A stretch of DNA of 63,024 nt, filler included. It is 5 parts of 5 records of this genome, joined end to end, with 100 filler letters (N's around TTAATTAATTAA, not from the genome) between each part and the next. Parts side by side here need not be neighbours in the genome. Positions count along the whole stretch, not along the records: positions 1 to 14,053 come from SRR20825019_2791; positions 14,154 to 29,167 come from SRR20825019_2797; 3 more parts are not named here. One strand, given 5' to 3'. Both the position numbers and the translations under genes were made by a program. Within the stretch, counting starts at the first letter, position 1. The number at the start of each line of letters is the position of its first letter. Below the pieces are notes generated by a model. That model did not search any database. It had not been told where the DNA came from and was given only the letters and a program-made list of their open reading frames with translations. Positions 8,206 through 18,303 of the stretch are shown here, piece after piece.

Positions 8206-9115
8206 ACTTGCGCTTGATGGCCGACGAAGAACCCAACAATGCCCCGTTGAGATGCTCCAGTTCCAGCAACAAACCACTGTGATCCACATCGCTGTGCCCG
8301 TTGGCGATCAGGCTTTGATACTCATTATGCACCTGCTGCGATAGCGGCAGGGTCAGACCCTCGGAACGGGCCTCATCCAGAATCATCCGCAGGTCCTTCA
8401 ACTGAATTCGCGCCGGTGCACCGGGCGAAAAGTCCCGGTCAATCATCCGCTGACCGTGCAACTCCAGAATCCGACTGCCCGCAAAACCGCCCATCAGCGC
8501 CTCCCGAACAGCGGCAGGATCAGCCCCACCCTTCGCTGCCAGCAACAACGCCTCTGACACCGCGCCAATGGTAATCCCCACGATCGCCTGATTCGCCAGC
8601 TTCGCCAGTTGCCCCGCCCCTACCGGACCAATGGGCGTGCATTTCCCCAGCACCTCAAAAACCGGCCGCACCCGCTCAACGTCTGCGCCAGAGCCACCAG
8701 CCATAATACTCAGCGTTGCCTGCTCAGCGCCGACAGTGCCGCCGGACACAGGCGCATCCACATACCCGGCCCCCTGCTCCTTAGCCAAGGCCGCATGGCG
8801 TCGCGCCAGCGACGGCTGAACCGAACTCATATCAATATAGACCGCCCCGGCCTTGAGCGCCGCGATACCGCGCTGGGCCACCATCACGTCATCCACCACA
8901 TCGCCGTTCTCCAGCATGGTGATGACGATGTCGGCATCTCGAACCGCGTCTTCCGGTGTACCGGCAATGGTAGCTTCATCGGCAAAAGGCTCGCACTTAC
9001 TCCCCGTCCGATTCCACAACGTCATTGGATAACCCGCATCCAACAAATTCCGAACCATGGGCGCACCCATGAGGCCAACACCAAGGAAGGCTATATGAAA
9101 CCGATTTTCAGTCAT
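8204..9115 (-). CDS. NAD(P)-dependent beta-hydroxyacid dehydrogenase (2-hydroxy-3-oxopropionate reductase-like)
   Basis: 303 aa; GVGLMG, DAPVSGG, GAGQLAKLANQ and QLKDL motifs. Confidence 0.9.
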   Translation of the reverse strand: MTENRFHIAFLGVGLMGAPMVRNLLDAGYPMTLWNRTGSKCEPFADEATIAGTPEDAVRDADIVITMLENGDVVDDVMVAQRGIAALKAGAVYIDMSSVQPSLARRHAALAKEQGAGYVDAPVSGGTVGAEQATLSIMAGGSGADVERVRPVFEVLGKCTPIGPVGAGQLAKLANQAIVGITIGAVSEALLLAAKGGADPAAVREALMGGFAGSRILELHGQRMIDRDFSPGAPARIQLKDLRMILDEARSEGLTLPLSQQVHNEYQSLIANGHSDVDHSGLLLELEHLNGALLGSSSAIKRK

Positions 9116-9155
9116 TTGTTCTTACCCAAGGTTTGTTTTAAAAGAGTATACAAAC

Positions 9156-9191
9156 AAAAACGCCACCAACCCCGCAAAGGGTGGTGGCGTT
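9156..9191 (-). terminator. Intrinsic terminator of rpoH
   Basis: Long GC-rich hairpin AACGCCACCA..TGGTGGCGTT followed by a T-tract on the minus strand. Confidence 0.8.
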
Positions 9192-9217
9192 CTGACAAAC
9201 CCCAAGTCAACTAAGGG

Positions 9218-10087
9218 TTAAGCCGCCTCTTCTTCCGTTGTCATATGCAGACGAATCTTCTTCATGGCGTTTTTCTCCAACTGACGAATACGCTCAGCGG
9301 AAACACCATATCGGTCAGCCAGCTCATGCAGTGTCGACTTGCTATCCGACAACCAGCGCTCACGAAGGATATCCTGGCTACGCTCATCCAACTGCCCCAG
9401 CGCCGCCATCAGACGACCATTGGAATCGTCCGTCCAGTCTGATTGCTCCAACTGCGTGGCCGGATTGCTGCGCTTGTCTTCCAGATAATACGCCGGCGCC
9501 TGATAAGCATTGTCGTCGTCATCATCCTGGGGGCCATCGAACGCCGTATCGTGGGAAGCCAGACGGCCTTCCATCTCCCGCACAACCTTGGGCTCAACCC
9601 CAAGATCACTGGCCACGGCATTAACCTCATCATGGCTCAACCACGCCAGACGCTTCTTCTGGCTGCGCAGGTTAAAGAACAGCTTACGCTGCGCCTTGGT
9701 GGTCGCCACTTTCACGATGCGCCAGTTGCGCAGGATAAACTCGTGAATCTCGGCCTTGATCCAGTGCACTGCAAAGGACACCAGGCGAACACCGTATTCC
9801 GGATTGAAACGCTTGACCGCCTTCATCAGGCCTACGTTACCTTCCTGGATCAAATCCGCCTGGGACAGCCCATAACCCGCATAGCTGCGGGCAATGTGGA
9901 TCACGAAGCGCAGATGCGAAAGAACCAACTCACGCGCGGCTTCCACATCACCATCGTAATGCAGTCGCTCGGCGAGCTTGCGCTCTTCCTCGACAGACAG
10001 TACCGGAATGCGGCTGGCCGCCTGGATATAGGACTCAAGGTTGGCACCCGGAACCAGTCTGTCGATGATCTGTAAACTCGTACCCAT
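9218..10087 (-). CDS. rpoH: RNA polymerase sigma-32 factor
   Basis: 289 aa; RpoH box QRKLFFNLR and [14 protein letters not shown]; canonical position after ftsX. Confidence 0.97.
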   Translation of the reverse strand: MGTSLQIIDRLVPGANLESYIQAASRIPVLSVEEERKLAERLHYDGDVEAARELVLSHLRFVIHIARSYAGYGLSQADLIQEGNVGLMKAVKRFNPEYGVRLVSFAVHWIKAEIHEFILRNWRIVKVATTKAQRKLFFNLRSQKKRLAWLSHDEVNAVASDLGVEPKVVREMEGRLASHDTAFDGPQDDDDDNAYQAPAYYLEDKRSNPATQLEQSDWTDDSNGRLMAALGQLDERSQDILRERWLSDSKSTLHELADRYGVSAERIRQLEKNAMKKIRLHMTTEEEAA

Positions 10088-10282
10088 GTCTTATCCTCCG
10101 AACATGACGACCGATAAATATAGCAACTCTAATTCAGCCCGCCAAGCACTCTGCAAATAACCCAAACTTCCATCTAAACCGTTTAAAAACAACAAACTGG
10201 AAATCTGGCTGCCTTCGAATTCTATCTTCAAGCTACGCCGAAACCTGCATTGGCTTCAATACGGTATTTCCGAGATCGGAGA

Positions 10283-11281
10283 TCATCCGCCGGCAATTTC
10301 CCCCGGCTCAATGTCATCCAGATGGCGCTTGACGGCAACCCAGGCGCCTAACCAGCCTAACAGCATGGCTGCAATTATCAACGCCAGCGCGCCATCGACG
10401 CTCAGCCCGCTCAGGGAAAACTCACTGCGGTACAACCCGGCTAGCCGCTCCACTGGGCCACTGAGCCACCAGAGCGACACCTGGAGCAGGATAAAGGCCA
10501 CAATGCCACCGCCCAGGCCAAACCAGGCCCCCGTATAGAGGAACGGCCGGCGCACGAAAGCGTCGGTGCCACCCACCAACTTTGCCACCAGAATTTCGTC
10601 GCGGCGATTTTCAATCGCAAGGCGAACGGTATTGCCAATCACCAGCACCACGGCGGCCGCCAACAACAGCGCCAGCGCCCAGACGGCACGGCCCAACAGG
10701 TCGGTCATGGCGTTCAGACGCTGCAACCAGCCGAGATCCACCTGTACCCGGTCAACACCGTCCAGCCCTTCAATAACCTTCAGCAGCATTTCCACGCCGT
10801 CGGCGGTGCGGGAACCTTCACTGGGTGTGACCAGCAGAGTATGGGGAAGCGGGTTTCCATCCAGGTAATCGAGGGCGTCTTCAAGGCCGGAAGAAGCGCG
10901 GAACTCTTCCAGCGCAGTCTCACGGTCGATCAGCTCGACTTCCGCCACCCGGCTGTCATCAGCCACCTCGGCTTTCAATGACCGGGCATCTTCAATAGAA
11001 ACGGCGTCACTCAGATAGGCCGTCACCCTCGCCGAGCTTTCCCAGCCGGCACTGACGCCTTCCAGACTGGCCAGCAACAGCATAAGCGCCACTGGCAGCG
11101 CCAGCGCCACGCCCATCACCGTCCAGGTCATCATACTCGCCACTGGTGAGTGCCAAAGACGCTGCGCGCTGTCCCGGGCCACCTTACGATGATGATTCAG
11201 GTAACTTTCGGCCTGCTGGCGCCAGGGAGAACGGGCACTTTTGGCGCCCCGGGCAGGCTGCCGTCGGGGATCGTTAGCCAT
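10283..11281 (-). CDS. ftsX: Cell division permease FtsX
   Basis: VIGNTVRLAIENRRDEI and KLVGGTDAFVRRPFLY motifs; start overlaps the ftsE stop. Confidence 0.95.
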   Translation of the reverse strand: MANDPRRQPARGAKSARSPWRQQAESYLNHHRKVARDSAQRLWHSPVASMMTWTVMGVALALPVALMLLLASLEGVSAGWESSARVTAYLSDAVSIEDARSLKAEVADDSRVAEVELIDRETALEEFRASSGLEDALDYLDGNPLPHTLLVTPSEGSRTADGVEMLLKVIEGLDGVDRVQVDLGWLQRLNAMTDLLGRAVWALALLLAAAVVLVIGNTVRLAIENRRDEILVAKLVGGTDAFVRRPFLYTGAWFGLGGGIVAFILLQVSLWWLSGPVERLAGLYRSEFSLSGLSVDGALALIIAAMLLGWLGAWVAVKRHLDDIEPGEIAGG

Positions 11282-11957
11282 GAAGCCCCCCTTTTGCGCC
11301 AACGCCTGTCACCAGCCGACCATGATCGAGAGTCAACGTACGGCGACCGAGATCGTTAATCAGTGCAATGTCGTGGGTAGCAATCAACACCGTGACCCCG
11401 ACCTGACTGAATTCCGCAAACAGCCGCATGATATCGGCCGACAATTCCGGGTCCAGGTTACCGGTGGGCTCATCCGCCAACAGTACCGGGGGCTTGTTCA
11501 CCACGGCACGGGCAATGCCCACCCGCTGCTGCTCACCCCCGGATAGCTGCATCGGGTTCATCTTTTCCTTGCTCAACAACCCCACCTTGTCCAGAGCGGC
11601 CCGCACGCGGCGACCGATATCCCGGGCCGGGGTGCCCATCACCTCCAAAGGCATGGCGACGTTGTCGAACACGGTGCGATCAAACAATAACTGGTGATTC
11701 TGGAACACCACACCGATGTGTCGGCGGATGTACGGCACCTGACGGCGCGGCAGGGTATTGAGCACCTGCCCGCCCACAATCACCTCGCCGGCGCTGGGGC
11801 GCTCCATCACCATAATCAGCTTTAGCAGCGTACTTTTGCCAGCACCGGAATGCCCCGTAAGAAACGCCAACTCACCACGCTCCAGGCCGAAATTGACCTG
11901 ACGCAACGCGGTATGGTCGCTGTCATAACGTTTGGTGACCTGGCGGAACTCGATCAT
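11274..11957 (-). CDS. ftsE: Cell division ATP-binding protein FtsE
   Basis: [17 protein letters not shown] and [11 protein letters not shown]; ftsY-ftsE-ftsX order. Confidence 0.96.
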   Translation of the reverse strand: MIEFRQVTKRYDSDHTALRQVNFGLERGELAFLTGHSGAGKSTLLKLIMVMERPSAGEVIVGGQVLNTLPRRQVPYIRRHIGVVFQNHQLLFDRTVFDNVAMPLEVMGTPARDIGRRVRAALDKVGLLSKEKMNPMQLSGGEQQRVGIARAVVNKPPVLLADEPTGNLDPELSADIMRLFAEFSQVGVTVLIATHDIALINDLGRRTLTLDHGRLVTGVGAKGGLHG

Positions 11958-11963
11958 TGAAGG

Positions 11964-13190
11964 TTACTTATCCGAGCTTTCATCAAACAGCGCATCCACA
12001 AAGGTGCGGGCATCGAAGCTGCGCAGGTCATCCACCTGCTCCCCCACACCAATGTAACGGATGGGTAGCTGCAACTGCCGGGCGATGGCAAACACAATAC
12101 CACCCTTGGCCGTGCCGTCCAGCTTGGTCAGGGTAATGCCGCTGACCCCCACCGCCTGCTGGAACACCTGGGCCTGACTCAAAGCATTCTGGCCGGTGCC
12201 GGCGTCCAGAACCAGCATGACTTCGTGGGGCGCGGACTCATCCAGCTTCTTCATGACCCGCACAACCTTCTCCAGCTCGCTCATCAGGTTGTCTTTGTTC
12301 TGAAGGCGGCCGGCGGTGTCCGCAATCACCACATCCACACCACGGGACTGCGCAGACTGAACAGCATCAAAGATGACGGATGCGCTGTCGGCGCCGGTAT
12401 GCTGGGCCACGACGGGAACGTCATTACGCTCGCCCCACACCTGCAACTGCTCAACCGCCGCGGCACGGAAGGTATCCCCCGCCGCCAGCATCACCGACTT
12501 GCCGTCCCGCTGAAAAAGCTTGGTGAGCTTACCGATCGTAGTGGTTTTACCAACACCGTTCACACCCACCATCAGGATGACGTAGGGCTTTTTGCCGGCT
12601 TCAATTTCCAGGGGCTTTGTCACATCCGCCAGCAGGCCATGGAGCTCATCCCTCAGGGCCTTGCGCAGGGCTTCGCCGTCCTTGAGCTGGTTGCGCTCCA
12701 GTTTGTCGGTGAGCGACTCAATGATTTCCGACGTGGCAGTCACACCCACATCCGCCATCAGCAGCGTGGTCTCGATTTCCTCGAGCAGGTCCTCGTCCAC
12801 CTTCTTGCCGATGGAAAACAGATCCGCAAAACCACCGGTCAGATTGGCTCGGGTTTTACCCAACCCCTTACGGATACGCTCGAAAACACTGACCTGAGGT
12901 GCTCCCGGCTCTGTTTCAGGCTCCGGCGTTGTCGGGGTTTCAGCGGGCGCTTCCTCATCAGCAGGCTTTTCAGGTGCTTCCGCGACCGGCGAGCTATCGG
13001 GCTCGGACTTAGGCTCCGCCTTCTCCTCCGACCCGGATTTCGGGGTAGCACCTTCCGGAGCCTCCGGCTTCTTCTGGGGCACCGGCTTTGGCCGGGGTAC
13101 ACGCTGACGGTTTGCCGCCACATCCAGAACAAACACAAGGACAAGAAGGGCCAGAAGGCCGATAGCAATCCACTCTGCCGTCATAGTCAT
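11964..13190 (-). CDS. ftsY: SRP receptor FtsY with hydrophobic N-terminus
   Basis: GVNGVGKTTT, DTFRAAA, DTAGRL and TKLDGTAKGG motifs. Confidence 0.97.
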   Translation of the reverse strand: MTMTAEWIAIGLLALLVLVFVLDVAANRQRVPRPKPVPQKKPEAPEGATPKSGSEEKAEPKSEPDSSPVAEAPEKPADEEAPAETPTTPEPETEPGAPQVSVFERIRKGLGKTRANLTGGFADLFSIGKKVDEDLLEEIETTLLMADVGVTATSEIIESLTDKLERNQLKDGEALRKALRDELHGLLADVTKPLEIEAGKKPYVILMVGVNGVGKTTTIGKLTKLFQRDGKSVMLAAGDTFRAAAVEQLQVWGERNDVPVVAQHTGADSASVIFDAVQSAQSRGVDVVIADTAGRLQNKDNLMSELEKVVRVMKKLDESAPHEVMLVLDAGTGQNALSQAQVFQQAVGVSGITLTKLDGTAKGGIVFAIARQLQLPIRYIGVGEQVDDLRSFDARTFVDALFDESSDK

Positions 13191-13349
13191 ACCATTGATC
13201 GTCGATTCGCGGGATACAAGAAAGGCGGTATTCTAGCAGACTGACCGGCCTAAGTGATGGCCGCAGGTGACTCGCCCCATAAACCTTCGTAACATGGCGC
13301 AACCTGCACCGGCAGGCGTACCAAACCATGCTCAAGAGGCCTCATCCCC

Positions 13350-13955
13350 ATGGCGCGCACTCAGAAACCCAGGCCAGCCAGCAACGGCGGCGAACTCCGC
13401 ATCATCGGCGGCGACTGGCGCAGCCGCAAACTGCGCTTCCCCGAAGCCGGCGGCGTACGCCCTACACCGGCACGCACCCGCGAAACCCTCTTTAACTGGC
13501 TGACGCACCACCTGCCCGGTAGCCGCTGCCTCGACCTCTTCGCCGGCTCCGGCGCCCTCGGCCTCGAAGCCCTCTCCCGCGGCGCCGGCACAACCGTCTT
13601 CGTCGACCACACCCCGGAACTGGCCCAGGCCCTGCGCAGCAACCTGCGGCTATTGAAGTCGGACAAGGGAGAAGTGGTCTGCCAGAACATCGACACCTAC
13701 TTGGCCCAGCCACCGGCCAAACCGTTCGACATCCTGTTCATGGACCCGCCATTCCGCCAGGGCTGGCTGGAAAAACTTTTCCCCATGATTGCAGATAATG
13801 GGTGGGTAAAACCGGGAGGCTGGATCTACGCAGAACACGAAAGCGAGATGTCGACACCCACAGCACCCGCCAACTGGATACCACACAGACAAAAAACAGC
13901 AGGCCAGGTGACCTACTGTTTGTTCAGAGTAGAGGAATCAGAAGCAACCAACTGA
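13350..13955 (+). CDS. rsmD: 16S rRNA m2G966 methyltransferase RsmD
   Basis: LRIIGG, RETLFNWL, LDLFAGSGALGLEALSRGA and DPPF; divergent from ftsY. Confidence 0.95.
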   Translation: MARTQKPRPASNGGELRIIGGDWRSRKLRFPEAGGVRPTPARTRETLFNWLTHHLPGSRCLDLFAGSGALGLEALSRGAGTTVFVDHTPELAQALRSNLRLLKSDKGEVVCQNIDTYLAQPPAKPFDILFMDPPFRQGWLEKLFPMIADNGWVKPGGWIYAEHESEMSTPTAPANWIPHRQKTAGQVTYCLFRVEESEATN

Positions 13956-14007
13956 GGAAGCCGCGCAGGGGAGACTCCGCCAAGGCCTAATCGGGCTGTG
14001 GGTGGTA

Positions 14008-14053
14008 GCGCTTTTCCGCCGGGAAAAGGTGTCTGAGCGAAGCGAGTTCTTTT
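14008..14053. repeat. REP-like element at contig end (partial)
   Basis: CTTTTCC-GCCG-GGAAAAG hairpin followed by GTCTGAGCGAAGCGAGTT, a motif I recall from intergenic repeats; truncated by the contig end. Confidence 0.35.
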
Positions 14054-14153
14054 NNNNNNNNNNNNNNNNNNNNNNNNNNNNNNNNNNNNNNNNNNNNTTA
14101 ATTAATTAANNNNNNNNNNNNNNNNNNNNNNNNNNNNNNNNNNNNNNNNNNNN
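14054..14153. other. Artificial contig linker
   Basis: N-run + TTAATTAATTAA (stops in all six frames) + N-run, 100 nt. Confidence 0.98.
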
Positions 14154-14646
14154 CCACGATCAGATCGAAGCCATGACCATGGCCGATCATGTGGTGGTGA
14201 TGCGCGATGGCGTCATCGAACAGCAGGGCAGTCCGCTTGAGCTCTACGATACCCCGGCCACCCGTTTCGTCGGCGGCTTTATCGGTTCGCCCGCAATGAA
14301 TTTCATTCCCGGCACCATAGCCGCCGACGGCCAGCATGTGACGCTGGAGCTTGAGGGCGTGGCGGCCCTGCCCATTGGCAGAAGCCTGGAGCCCGGCCGC
14401 CAGGTGACGGTCGGCTTGCGGCCAGAGCATATAGAGGCGACCCCCGGCACAAGCGGACAGATCGTGCTGCCGGTCTCGGTCGTGGAATCGACCGGATCAT
14501 TGACTTATCTGACGACGGACGGTGCCCCGGAGCTGACTGTGGTTATCACCGGACGCAGCGACATCAGATCCAAAGACACGGTTGGACTGACCATCGCGCC
14601 GGAACGGGTGCACATTTTTGACGCGGAGACCGAACGCGCACTCTGA
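14154..14646 (+). CDS. Sugar ABC ATPase (MalK/UgpC-like), 5'-truncated
   Basis: [23 protein letters not shown] and GLRPEH, with TOBE-type C-terminus. Confidence 0.9.
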
Positions 14647-14667
14647 ATAGTCCGGCTGGGCCGGGGG

Positions 14668-15441
14668 TCAGGCGGGAACGCTCAGCGCTGAACGGACGCG
14701 GTCGAGAGCCTCTGCCGTGCTGCCCTCCGGCTGGTATTCGAGCCCGACGGCGCCGGTATAGCCATTGGCATAAAGCCAGGCGAGCCGTTCGCCGAGATCA
14801 ATTTCGCCCAGGCCCGGATCGTTGCGGCCGGGATGGTCGGCCACATGGGCGTGAATGACACGCGATACACGCTGCTGCAGCACATCCTCGATCCGCTCGC
14901 CCATCACATGGGAATGATAGAGATCATAGACGATGCCGATTTCAGGGCGTCCCACCTCGTCAACGATATTGAGCGCTTCGCGGGTCGATGACAGGTAGTA
15001 GCCCTTGTGGTCAATCAAGGTGTTGAGCGGCTCGACCCCAAGCCGGACGCCGCTGCCTTCGAGCACATCCGCGGCTGCCCTCAGGCAATCCACCAGAGCC
15101 TTGTGCTGTTCTTCCCGCGTGCGACCGGGCAGATCGTCACCCGCCTGGGCGATTAGAACCTTGGCGCCCAGGCGCTGCGCCGTCCGCACCGACGTGGCAA
15201 GCCCGGCAAGAAAAGCGGCGTGATTGGCCGGATCGGTCAGGGCGATCATCGGCTCGGCAACAAAGCCGCTCAGCGTCATGCCGGTTTCCTTGAGTGCCGC
15301 CTCGATGGCGTCCAGATCCTTGTTGGACCAGAACCAGAATTCGACAGCGTCCAGACCAGCAGCCTTGGCCAGGCGAATACGGTCGACAAAGTCGGCGCTG
15401 GCGTCGGCGAACAGCCATTCAATACAGGCAGATAGTTTCAT
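14668..15441 (-). CDS. Hydroxypyruvate isomerase-family TIM-barrel protein
   Basis: 257 aa; AVEFW, VEPLN, YDLYH, HVADHPGRNDPGLGEID and VGLEY. Confidence 0.88.
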   Translation of the reverse strand: MKLSACIEWLFADASADFVDRIRLAKAAGLDAVEFWFWSNKDLDAIEAALKETGMTLSGFVAEPMIALTDPANHAAFLAGLATSVRTAQRLGAKVLIAQAGDDLPGRTREEQHKALVDCLRAAADVLEGSGVRLGVEPLNTLIDHKGYYLSSTREALNIVDEVGRPEIGIVYDLYHSHVMGERIEDVLQQRVSRVIHAHVADHPGRNDPGLGEIDLGERLAWLYANGYTGAVGLEYQPEGSTAEALDRVRSALSVPA

Positions 15442-15462
15442 CTTGGACCATAGTGTTCGAGT

Positions 15463-16515
15463 TCAGCGATAATCAATGAGCACCTGCATGACATCGGGCG
15501 ATCCCTGGTCGAGCAGGCCATAGCCGCGTTCCGCTTCGGCCAGCGGCACACGGTGGGTGACGAAGCCCTTGAGGTCTGGCCCAAGGACGGAGAGATATTC
15601 GAGCGCGATGCTGCAGCGCCGTGTCACGGACCAGAGCGGCCCGAGAAAAGGGTTCACGGTGCCGACCTGCGAAGAGATGATGCGCGGCCGGTTGTGGTGA
15701 AATTCGCCCGACAGGCTGAGGCTTTCAAAGCTTCCGCCATACCAGGACATGGCCACCACGGTACCATTGAACCCGGCCGTGCGAATGGCCTCGTTCAGCG
15801 CCGGGGCCGCGCCTGAGACCTCAATGACCGTGTCAGCGCCGCGTCCCTCCGTCAGGTCGCGCACTCTCTCGGCAACTTCGCCGGCAGTTGGGTCGATCAC
15901 CGTGGTTGCGCCGCCCTCTAGAGCTGCCTGCCGGCGCTGTTCGATGCCGTCAATGCCGATGATCTGCCGCGCGCCATTGCGGGCCAGCAATCGCGTGACC
16001 AATTGCCCGATGACCCCCAGCCCGCTGACCACCACATCGGCGCCAAGCGCGATATTGGCGTCGAGCAGGCCATTATAGGCGGTGTTGAGATTGGCGAAGA
16101 ACACGCCGATCTCGGGGTCGTCTATTGCGTTGAGGGGAACCACGGCCCCAGCGTCGACCACCGCATATTGCCCGTGCGGCGCATAGGCAAAGACCAGATC
16201 GCCCACGCCGACCCGTGCGACCCCGTCGCCGAGCGCTGCGACACGACCCACCGCTGCATAGCCATATCGCGCCGGCCAGTGCCAATCCGAGCCGTGGGCG
16301 TCGGAGAACAGGCGCGTCCTGGGGTCCATCGCCTGCCGCCATTGCGGCGCAAGGCCGCGAAAGACATTGAGCTCGGTGCCGGCGCTGATGCCGGACACCA
16401 GCAATTCGAGCATCACCTGGCCCGGGCCGGGGCATTCGAGCAGCTCGGATCGCACTTCGACGGCGCGCGGACCAGTGAAATAGAGCGATTGAGTCGTCAA
16501 CGACACTTTTGTCAC
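15463..16515 (-). CDS. MDR-superfamily dehydrogenase
   Basis: SGISAGTE, GYAAVG, GLGVIG and VIEVSG; GTG start overlaps the permease stop (GTGA). Confidence 0.85.
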   Translation of the reverse strand: MTKVSLTTQSLYFTGPRAVEVRSELLECPGPGQVMLELLVSGISAGTELNVFRGLAPQWRQAMDPRTRLFSDAHGSDWHWPARYGYAAVGRVAALGDGVARVGVGDLVFAYAPHGQYAVVDAGAVVPLNAIDDPEIGVFFANLNTAYNGLLDANIALGADVVVSGLGVIGQLVTRLLARNGARQIIGIDGIEQRRQAALEGGATTVIDPTAGEVAERVRDLTEGRGADTVIEVSGAAPALNEAIRTAGFNGTVVAMSWYGGSFESLSLSGEFHHNRPRIISSQVGTVNPFLGPLWSVTRRCSIALEYLSVLGPDLKGFVTHRVPLAEAERGYGLLDQGSPDVMQVLIDYR

Positions 16516-17342
16516 CCTTTGATACCGCCAGCGGTCAGACCACCGACGAGTTGATTGCGAAACAGCAGGAACAGCACCACGGTCGGCGCCGCAATGACGA
16601 CGCCGCCTGCCATCACCACGCCCCAACTGAAGGAGTAGGGGTCGAACAGTGTTTGCAGGGCCAGCGGCAGCGTTTTGACCTCGGCGCTGGTGATCAGTGC
16701 CAGGGCCAGCAGGAATTCTCCCCAGGACAAGACAAAGGCAAAAGTGCCTACGGCTACCACCGCCGGTCGGATCAGCGGCAGGGTAATCCGGATCATGGCG
16801 CCAATCTGCGATGATCCGTCAATAACGGCGGCCTCTTCAAGCTCGCGCGGCACCGCATCGATATAGCCCTTGAGCATCCAGACCGCGATCGGCAGTCCCA
16901 GGGCCAGATGCGTAAAAGTCAGCGCCGTCAGCGTATTGGCCAGGCCAAGCGAGCGGATGATCACAACAAGCGGCACCAGGACCGCTACGGCCGGAAGCAT
17001 CTGCGTGGCCAGGATCAGGAAGCCGATGAAATCGCGCCCCAGATAGGTGAAGCGGCTGAGTGAATAGGCGGCGGGAACCGCGATGAGCACAGTGCAGACG
17101 GCCACCAGACTGCCCACGATCAGGCTGTTGCGCAGGGCAATCAGGAAATCGCCGCGTGAAAAGATCTCCGCAAAATGCTCGAAGGTGATCTGCATCGGGA
17201 TCAGGCTGCGGGACATGATGTCGGCATCGGGTCGGATCGAGGCAACGAACACCCAGATGATCGGTAGCAGCACCAGTCCCAGGAGCAGAATGGTCAGAAG
17301 GTCGAGGAGTACATTGGATAGGCGCTTGTTGCCGCGGTTCAC
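16512..17342 (-). CDS. Carbohydrate ABC permease (MalG-like)
   Basis: 276 aa, hydrophobic, EAA loop ELEEAAVIDGSS. Confidence 0.92.
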   Translation of the reverse strand: MNRGNKRLSNVLLDLLTILLLGLVLLPIIWVFVASIRPDADIMSRSLIPMQITFEHFAEIFSRGDFLIALRNSLIVGSLVAVCTVLIAVPAAYSLSRFTYLGRDFIGFLILATQMLPAVAVLVPLVVIIRSLGLANTLTALTFTHLALGLPIAVWMLKGYIDAVPRELEEAAVIDGSSQIGAMIRITLPLIRPAVVAVGTFAFVLSWGEFLLALALITSAEVKTLPLALQTLFDPYSFSWGVVMAGGVVIAAPTVVLFLLFRNQLVGGLTAGGIKG

Positions 17343-18235
17343 GGGCGCCTCCCCAATTTAAGGGTCAAGAATGATGCTGCAGCCAGGATCACCAGCATGA
17401 CCACGCTGATGGCAGCCGCATAGGCCGGCCTGAGGTCGGTGAAGACAGCCTTGAACATGGTGATGCCCAGAATGGTCGTGGCGTCCTGTGGACCACCGCG
17501 CGCCATGATCCAGGGCAAGTCGAAACTGTAAAAGGCCAGGATGCCCAGAACCAGTCCAATGATCAGCATGGTGTTCTGGATCGAGGGCAGGGTGATGCTG
17601 GAAAAGCGCTGCCAGGGCCCCGCACCATCAATGGCCGCCGCCTCATAAAGCTCATCCGGGATCGATTTGAGGGCGGCCAGAAGCGCCAGTACCATGAAGG
17701 GCATGCCCTTCCAGCCCGAGATGAAGGTGATGACCGCAAGCGCCAGGTTCGGGTCGTTGAGAATGGAGCTGTTGCCGGCAATGCCGAAGACTTGCAGCAG
17801 CGCGTGCAGCGCCCCCACCTCGCTGTCGAGCAGGAAGCGCCAGCCATAGCCCAGGACGATAAACGGCATCACCCAGGGCAGGAGGATCAGGGCCGAGGCG
17901 AGGCGCGCAATGGCCGTGTCGCGATTGAGCAGCAGGGCCAGCGGCAGGGCGAGGGCAATCTCGACCGCCACGGTGCCCAGCGTCCAGACCCAGGTGCGCC
18001 AGAAGGCGCGCCACAAAGCCCCATCGGCCAGCAACGCCTCGAAATTGACCAGCCCACCCCACACCGGTTGCGGATTGCGCAGCAGATACCAGTCCTGAAA
18101 TGACAGCCAGAGTGCATAGAGCAGGGGAAGCACGGCGATGCCGAGTGCCACCAGAATGGCCGGGGCAACGAGCGCATAGGGCAGGGCCGCTTTACTAAAC
18201 GCCCTGGGCACGTGCACTTGTGCGGGAATAGACAT
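17339..18235 (-). CDS. Carbohydrate ABC permease (MalF/UgpA-like)
   Basis: EAA loop ELYEAAAIDGAG; likely start MSIPAQ at 18235. Confidence 0.9.
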   Translation of the reverse strand: MSIPAQVHVPRAFSKAALPYALVAPAILVALGIAVLPLLYALWLSFQDWYLLRNPQPVWGGLVNFEALLADGALWRAFWRTWVWTLGTVAVEIALALPLALLLNRDTAIARLASALILLPWVMPFIVLGYGWRFLLDSEVGALHALLQVFGIAGNSSILNDPNLALAVITFISGWKGMPFMVLALLAALKSIPDELYEAAAIDGAGPWQRFSSITLPSIQNTMLIIGLVLGILAFYSFDLPWIMARGGPQDATTILGITMFKAVFTDLRPAYAAAISVVMLVILAAASFLTLKLGRRP

Positions 18236-18303
18236 GGACCGGTCTTGCATGAGTAAGAAAAAGCCCCGGACGGTGGGAGGTCGGCTCCGCCCGGGGAATG
18301 CTC

